Below, piece by piece: positions 58,979-64,000 of a DNA stretch of 64,000 bases (its first letter is position 1; every line of letters begins with the position of its first letter). The translations under genes and the position numbers were made by a program. The stretch is taken from the NCBI GenBank assembly GCA_049659625.1, contig JBASPX010000049.1, positions 12,060 to 76,059 on the forward strand, read 5' to 3'. This stretch comes from Candidatus Saccharicenans sp. (GTDB lineage Bacteria > Acidobacteriota > Aminicenantia > Aminicenantales > Saccharicenantaceae). The notes beneath the pieces are model-generated. The model ran no database searches. It was not told the DNA's origin and worked only from the letters and a program-made list of their open reading frames with translations.

Positions 58979-59197
58979 ATGGTATTTGCCCTTATTCATC
59001 TAGCTCTTTTTCTGGGAATCATTGCCTTTTCCATCTATGACCTCATAAAGGGAAATTTTCTCCGGGGCTTAATCTGGCTGTCCTTTATAATCGCCTACTA
59101 CTTTATTGTTCTCCATCCGGCTGTTAAAAAAGAAATAAAACGAAGGAAAAACAAAACGCCAGCAGCTGGTTCCAGACCGGGAAAACCTAAGAAATGA
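58979..59197 (+). CDS. Small two-TM membrane protein with basic tail (72 aa), hypothetical
   Basis: Two hydrophobic helices (FALIHLALFLGIIAFSIY; LIWLSFIIAYYFIVL) followed by KKEIKRRKNK. No family recognised. Confidence 0.4.
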   Translation: MVFALIHLALFLGIIAFSIYDLIKGNFLRGLIWLSFIIAYYFIVLHPAVKKEIKRRKNKTPAAGSRPGKPKK

Positions 59198-59286
59198 ACG
59201 AGCTTAACGATTTATCAGGCTGCGCTTCTGGCTTTTGATATAATCGAAAATTGAAAATTTAATTTTTAATTAAAGGATTTATTGCC

Positions 59287-60765
59287 ATGAAAAAAAACTT
59301 ATCTTTGCTGGCAGTCTCTTTAATCCTGCTGATGTCCATCGCTTCCTGGATTCAGGCTGCGGAAATTCCTCCACGCCTGAAAAAGGCGGTGGAAAGCATC
59401 GACCCGCTGCTGGCCTACCGGCTGACCGGAACGATGGCCTCTGAAGAATTTGCCGGTCGTCTTACCGGACATGAAGGTTATACCAGAGCGGCCAGATGGG
59501 CGGCTTCGAAATTCAAAGAGTGGGGGCTGAAACCGCTCGATTCGAAAAACGGGTATCTTCAGCCCTATCCTTCTCCTTACACTGTAGTCGATAAAGCTTC
59601 GATGACCCTGCATCTTCCCGGAAAGCCTGATAGCGAAGGGAAACTGCAGTATGAAAAAGTCGAACTTAAACCGGAAAAAGATTTTCTTCCTCTTCTTTAT
59701 GCGGACAGTGGAGAGCACACGGCCGGGCTGGTTTTTGCCGGCTGGGGAATTTCCGCACCCGAACTAAACTATGACGACTATGCCGGGATTGAGGTGAAAG
59801 GCAAATTTATCCTGTGTTTCAGGGGGACTCCGGACCCGACCAGAAGGGAATTTCAACACCACGATGAACACCGCACAAGAATGCGAGTGGCCAGAGAACG
59901 CGGAGCCCTTGGCCTGATCTACATTTATCCCGAGGCTCAGGCTAACCCCAACGGAGACTGGCAACCTGGATTCATGCCGGGCATGATCACCGAAAAAACG
60001 GCCGACCTGATCTTCAAAGAAATCAACTCCACCACCGGCGAATTGAAAAAAGCTCTTCAGACTTACAGGAGACCCATATCCTTCGAATTGAAGTCACGTC
60101 TCTCTTATTCGGTCAGTTCCAGACATTTTCCCGATGGCATCGGCTACAACATAGCGGGCTGGGTTAAGGGATCCGACCCGATATTAAAAAAAGAATTGAT
60201 TGTGGTCGGAGGTCATTTCGACCACTGCGGTCAACATCTCGGTCTGCTTTTCCCCGGGGCGGACGACAACGCCAGCGGTTCAGCCGTGGTTATGGTCCTG
60301 GCCAGAGCTTTTGCCTCGCTTAACCCGAAGCCAAAAAGGTCGATTATGTTTGTCCTGTTCGGCGGCGAAGAACTTGGCCTTCAGGGTTCAACCTACTTTG
60401 TGGAGCACCTGCCGGCCGGTTTTGAAAAAGTGACCGCTATGTTTAATTTCGATATGGAAGGTGAAGGGGATGGAGCCTGGTGCGGAGTAAGCGCGGAACC
60501 AGCCTGTCTGAAGGAAGCCATTGAAAGAGCGAATCAGGAAATAAACATTATCAGGGGATTTGGAGTCATCAGATCAGTAGGGGTCAGGGGGTCAGACTTT
60601 GCGCCTTTCTTTCTTAAGGGCATTCCCTGTGCCAGTTTTGGTTCAAACGGCCCGCATCTCGCCTACCACGGAACTGGAGATACCATCTACCGGATCAACC
60701 CGGAAATCATGGGCAGTATCGCTAAGGTGGCTTTTCTCTCGATTTATTTTCTGGCCCAGAAATAA
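59287..60765 (+). CDS. M28 family metallo-aminopeptidase with PA domain, secreted (paralogue of 55507..57051)
   Basis: 492 aa, signal peptide. GGHFDHCG, GADDNASGSAVV, FGGEELG, FNFDMEG. The N-terminal region EFAGRLTGHEGYTRAARWAASKFKEWGLKP parallels KYAGRLTGTPGYNLAADWVISRLKEWGVEP in the other copy. Confidence 0.8.
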   Translation: MKKNLSLLAVSLILLMSIASWIQAAEIPPRLKKAVESIDPLLAYRLTGTMASEEFAGRLTGHEGYTRAARWAASKFKEWGLKPLDSKNGYLQPYPSPYTVVDKASMTLHLPGKPDSEGKLQYEKVELKPEKDFLPLLYADSGEHTAGLVFAGWGISAPELNYDDYAGIEVKGKFILCFRGTPDPTRREFQHHDEHRTRMRVARERGALGLIYIYPEAQANPNGDWQPGFMPGMITEKTADLIFKEINSTTGELKKALQTYRRPISFELKSRLSYSVSSRHFPDGIGYNIAGWVKGSDPILKKELIVVGGHFDHCGQHLGLLFPGADDNASGSAVVMVLARAFASLNPKPKRSIMFVLFGGEELGLQGSTYFVEHLPAGFEKVTAMFNFDMEGEGDGAWCGVSAEPACLKEAIERANQEINIIRGFGVIRSVGVRGSDFAPFFLKGIPCASFGSNGPHLAYHGTGDTIYRINPEIMGSIAKVAFLSIYFLAQK

Positions 60766-60796
60766 TTATAATTAAGGAAGGAGAAAGCAAAGAAGA

Positions 60797-61438
60797 ATGA
60801 AAGTAGCAAAAGAAGGAATTATTTTTTACCTTCCTTCGCTGGCGCTTTTTGTTTTAACCCTGCTACCGGGATGGTGGCTGGCTTCGCTCTTTTTCCTTCT
60901 TCTTTCGCTGGCCTTCCTGTTTTTCTTCCGCGATCCTGAAAGACAGCCGCCGCCGGGAGAGCACCTGGTACTGTCGCCAGCTGACGGTAAGGTTATCAAA
61001 ATCGAGGATTATTCCAGTCACCCGGATATGCCTGGAAATGGAAAAGTCGTAAGCATTTTCCTGTCGCTGCTCGATGTTCACTTTACCCGCTCCCCGGTAA
61101 CGGCCGAGGTAAAAAAAGTGGATTATCATCCCGGAAAATTCTTCCCGGCTTACAGAGACGAGGCCAGCAGCGAAAATGAATCAAACAGCATTTTGCTGCA
61201 CTCGACCAGAGGTCCGCTGTTCATGAAACAGATGGTCGGGGTGGCGGCCAGAAGGATAAAATGCTACGTTCAGCCCGGAGATAGAGTAACCGCCGGTCAG
61301 AAAATCGGACTGATGTATTTTGGCTCTCGCGTCGACCTTTACCTTCCTCCGGATGTAGAACTTAAAATCGCCCCGAACGAGAAAGTTAAAGGCGGGCTGA
61401 CGATCATAGGAGCATGGAAAAATGAAAGTCAGAATTAA
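60797..61438 (+). CDS. psd: Phosphatidylserine decarboxylase (short, archaeal/Gram-positive-like type)
   Basis: 213 aa with an N-terminal TM pair. The self-cleavage context is MYFGSRVDLYLP. Confidence 0.85.
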   Translation: MKVAKEGIIFYLPSLALFVLTLLPGWWLASLFFLLLSLAFLFFFRDPERQPPPGEHLVLSPADGKVIKIEDYSSHPDMPGNGKVVSIFLSLLDVHFTRSPVTAEVKKVDYHPGKFFPAYRDEASSENESNSILLHSTRGPLFMKQMVGVAARRIKCYVQPGDRVTAGQKIGLMYFGSRVDLYLPPDVELKIAPNEKVKGGLTIIGAWKNESQN

Positions 61439-62210
61439 AAAGCCGGCTCCCCGCCTTTTCTTTCTTCCGAGCGTTTTCACCCTGACCAACGTATTCTTCG
61501 GCTTTCTTAGCCTGACCTCAACCTTTTACGGACGTTACCGCTGGGCAGCCCTCTGGATCATCATGGCAGCCGTTCTGGACGGGCTGGATGGTCTGGTGGC
61601 CCGGGCGACGAAAACCAGCTCGGATTTCGGAATTCAGCTGGATTCTCTGGCCGACGCCATTTCGTTTGCCGCTGCCGGTGGGATCCTTACCTATTTCTGG
61701 GCACTCAAGATTCTCGGACCGGCCGGTGTGTTTTTCAGCTTTCTGTTTGTGGTCGGCGGACTTCTGCGGCTTGCCCGTTACAACGTCAGAACCAAAAGCC
61801 TGCCCGACCGCAGATTCTACCAGGGGCTGACCGTCCCTTCAGCCGCCATCTTCATGGCCTCGCTGGCCATTTTTCACCCGGAACCTATCTATGACCACCT
61901 GACCGCCGTTTATCTGGCCGGTCTGACTTTAATGGTAAGCTTGCTGATGGTCAGCACCCTGCGGTATCGGAATTTTGTGACGATACTCATTAACCGCCCG
62001 GTCGATATGAAAACCGGGCTGCTGCTGGCGGTAATTTTAACCGGGATCATCTTTCGGCCGAGGTATTCAATTCTGATCCTGACCACTCTGAACCTGATCA
62101 ACGGGCCGATCGATTTTCTTGTGCAAAAATTGAAGAGAAAAAAGCCGCTGCCTCATCAGAGCGAAAAACAGAAACCGACGGAAAACCCGGAATCCAAGAC
62201 CGGAGAATGA
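61422..62210 (+). CDS. pssA: CDP-diacylglycerol--serine O-phosphatidyltransferase
   Basis: 262 aa. CDP-alcohol motif LDGLDGLVARATKTSSDFGIQLDSLADAISF. Overlaps psd by 17 nt. Confidence 0.85.
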   Translation: MKVRIKKPAPRLFFLPSVFTLTNVFFGFLSLTSTFYGRYRWAALWIIMAAVLDGLDGLVARATKTSSDFGIQLDSLADAISFAAAGGILTYFWALKILGPAGVFFSFLFVVGGLLRLARYNVRTKSLPDRRFYQGLTVPSAAIFMASLAIFHPEPIYDHLTAVYLAGLTLMVSLLMVSTLRYRNFVTILINRPVDMKTGLLLAVILTGIIFRPRYSILILTTLNLINGPIDFLVQKLKRKKPLPHQSEKQKPTENPESKTGE

Positions 62211-62222
62211 CCTGGCTGACCG

Positions 62223-63482
62223 ATGATATTCAAAAAGAGAAGCAAAAAGAAAAGGATCGTTTTATCGTTTGCTTTTCTTCTGCTGCTGGCTTTAACTTTC
62301 TGGCTGCTTTTCGTTAACAGAGAAGCTGAACAACCAGCTGACATCCACGAAAATTCTAACGTTGTGAACGGAGCAGACATACCGATTCCTTCAGTTACAG
62401 AAATTGCCATACCGCCAGGCAGGACTATCACCGATTTACTAGCTCCCTGCGGAATTTCTCCGGCGAAAATCATAGAAATAAGAGAAGCCGTCAGGCCGGT
62501 TTACGACCTGGCTAAAATTCCGGCCGGTCAGAAAATAAGACTTTACACCCTGGAAGAAACTCCGCTTTCTTTTGAGCTTGATCTGGATGCTGAACGCTAC
62601 CTTGAGGTAGACCTGAAATCCAGCCCGCCGCAGGCCAGCATCAAAACTCGACCGATCACCAGACAGCTGGTTCTGGTGGAAGGCATTATTAAAGACTCTC
62701 TTATTTCTGCCGTTAATCAGGCCGGGGAACAGGATGTTCTTGCTCTGATGATCGCCGATATATTCGGCTGGGTAATCGATTTTTACATCGACCTCAGACA
62801 GAACGACAGTTTCAGGGTGCTGGTCGAGAAAAAATTTATCGACGGACAATTCAGCAGTTACGGTCCTATTCTGGCGGCCTGTTTTATCAACCGGGGTCAG
62901 GTGTATGAAGCCTACAGGTATGAACTCCCCGGCAGCGGAAAGGCTGATTACTTTGACCGGAATGGCGGTTCTTTAAGAAAAGAATTTCTGAAATCCCCGC
63001 TGAAGTACGCCAGGATAACCTCGCGTTTCAGCAGCCGCCGGCTTCACCCGATAAGAAAAATTTACCGCCCTCACTATGGAGTCGATTATGCCGCTCCGAT
63101 TGGCACTCCAGTGCAGGCCACAGCTGACGGAGTGGTCACACGGGCCGGCTGGAATGGAGCCGCCGGACTGATGGTAAGAATAAAACACCGGAATGGTTAC
63201 GAGAGCATGTACCTTCACCTGAAATCTCTGGCTCCAGGGATAAAAACCGGCGCGAGGGTTTCCGGAGGTCAGGTTATAGGATATGTAGGCTCAAGCGGAG
63301 AATCCACCGGACCGCACCTGGACTACCGTCTTCTGTATCAAGGCAGATACGTCAATCCGCTCAGCTGGAAATTTCAACCGGCTGAGCCGGTGCCTTCAGC
63401 CTATCTGCCGGATTTTCAGAATAAAATAAAAACTTACCGCCAGCTTCTTTCTTTCCCGGTACGATTTTACAGCTTCTTTTGA
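62223..63482 (+). CDS. M23 family metallopeptidase (peptidoglycan endopeptidase-like)
   Basis: 419 aa with N-terminal TM. HYGVDYAAPIGTPV and GSSGESTGPHLDYR. Confidence 0.85.
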   Translation: MIFKKRSKKKRIVLSFAFLLLLALTFWLLFVNREAEQPADIHENSNVVNGADIPIPSVTEIAIPPGRTITDLLAPCGISPAKIIEIREAVRPVYDLAKIPAGQKIRLYTLEETPLSFELDLDAERYLEVDLKSSPPQASIKTRPITRQLVLVEGIIKDSLISAVNQAGEQDVLALMIADIFGWVIDFYIDLRQNDSFRVLVEKKFIDGQFSSYGPILAACFINRGQVYEAYRYELPGSGKADYFDRNGGSLRKEFLKSPLKYARITSRFSSRRLHPIRKIYRPHYGVDYAAPIGTPVQATADGVVTRAGWNGAAGLMVRIKHRNGYESMYLHLKSLAPGIKTGARVSGGQVIGYVGSSGESTGPHLDYRLLYQGRYVNPLSWKFQPAEPVPSAYLPDFQNKIKTYRQLLSFPVRFYSFF

Positions 63483-63538
63483 CTTCAGACCGTTAATTTC
63501 AATAAAATAGCCAAGAGGGGTAAATCAAGGAGGCAACC

Positions 63539-64000
63539 ATGAAACTCACTATAAGTGTTTTAAAAGCGGACATCGGCAGCATCGGAGGCCATCTTAAACC
63601 GAGCCGGGCCGTGTTTGAAGAAGTGAAAAATTTTGTGGCGGCCAGAAGCAAGGGATTGCTTATCGACTACTATATCAGTTCAACCGGTGATGACATCGCC
63701 ATTCTCTGCACCCACACCCTGGGCACAGGCAACGCGAAGATACATCAGTTAGCCTGGGAAGCCTTTCAGGCCGGAACCGCTGTGGCTAAAAAAACTGGCC
63801 TTTACGGAGCCGGGCAGGACCTGCTGAAGGACGCTTTTTCCGGCAACGTCCGGGGGCTCGGACCCGCAGTGGCCGAAATGGAAATCGAAGAAAGAGAAAA
63901 TGAGCCTTTCATTTTCTTCGCGGCAGACAAAACCGACCCCGGCGCTTACAACCTGCCTTTCTATTTAGCTTTCGCCGACCCGATGTATTGCTCCGGTCTG
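63539..64000 (+). CDS. fbp: Fructose-1,6-bisphosphate aldolase/phosphatase (class V FBPase), 5' part; continues beyond the window
   Basis: MKLTISVLKADIGSIGGH..., GLYGAGQDLLKDAFSGNVRGLGPAVAEMEIEE and DKTDPGAYNLPFYLAFADP match the archaeal-type bifunctional enzyme. SD AAGGAGG. Confidence 0.9.
   Translation, partial: MKLTISVLKADIGSIGGHLKPSRAVFEEVKNFVAARSKGLLIDYYISSTGDDIAILCTHTLGTGNAKIHQLAWEAFQAGTAVAKKTGLYGAGQDLLKDAFSGNVRGLGPAVAEMEIEERENEPFIFFAADKTDPGAYNLPFYLAFADPMYCSGL

Overview
64 kb of chromosome from an uncultured-looking, Gram-negative-type bacterium (TonB, Tat leaders and secreted hydrolases are present). GC is roughly 50% and I cannot place the lineage from sequence alone. Most of the window is ordinary core or metabolic DNA. 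It holds secreted glycosidases (GH42-like, GH18, GH38) and a frw-like fructose-type PTS operon (IIC, IIB, HPr-EI-EIIA). It also holds tonB, carA-carB, a photolyase, an inositol-phosphate synthase divergent from a PIP-synthase-like CDP-alcohol phosphatidyltransferase, a GlmU-like gene, and larB. The information-processing genes are dnaG-rpoD and gyrB-gyrA. The right end carries two PA/M28 peptidases, psd-pssA, an M23 peptidase and the start of an archaeal-type FBP aldolase/phosphatase. There are two tRNAs, Leu-TAA and a CAT-anticodon Met/Ile2. I found no rRNA, CRISPR array, integrase, transposase or phage genes. The stand-out is a translationally coupled pair of giant genes at 19605..27166 (1186 aa and 1328 aa, about 7.5 kb) between carAB and the photolyase. 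By eye they carry no catalytic, nucleotide-binding or known repeat signature. The only readable features are a twin-arginine-type leader on protein 1, a coiled-coil segment, a Gly-rich amphipathic-beta C-terminal module, and a Pro-rich second protein with no signal peptide. This pair is my candidate for an undescribed system, possibly an envelope-associated or exported two-component complex, but the function is pure inference. Data-quality note: three genes (an AEC transporter, carB and an acyl-CoA ligase) are each broken by a single missing base in an A/T homopolymer. That pattern points to sequencing or assembly indels rather than real pseudogenes. Smaller oddities are a ~67-aa Lys/Glu-rich N-terminal tail on GyrA, a DRG-like TGS GTPase with DTPP in place of the DxxG switch II motif, consensus promoters abutting start codons (possible leaderless mRNAs), and a perfect 10-3-10 palindrome upstream of gyrB.
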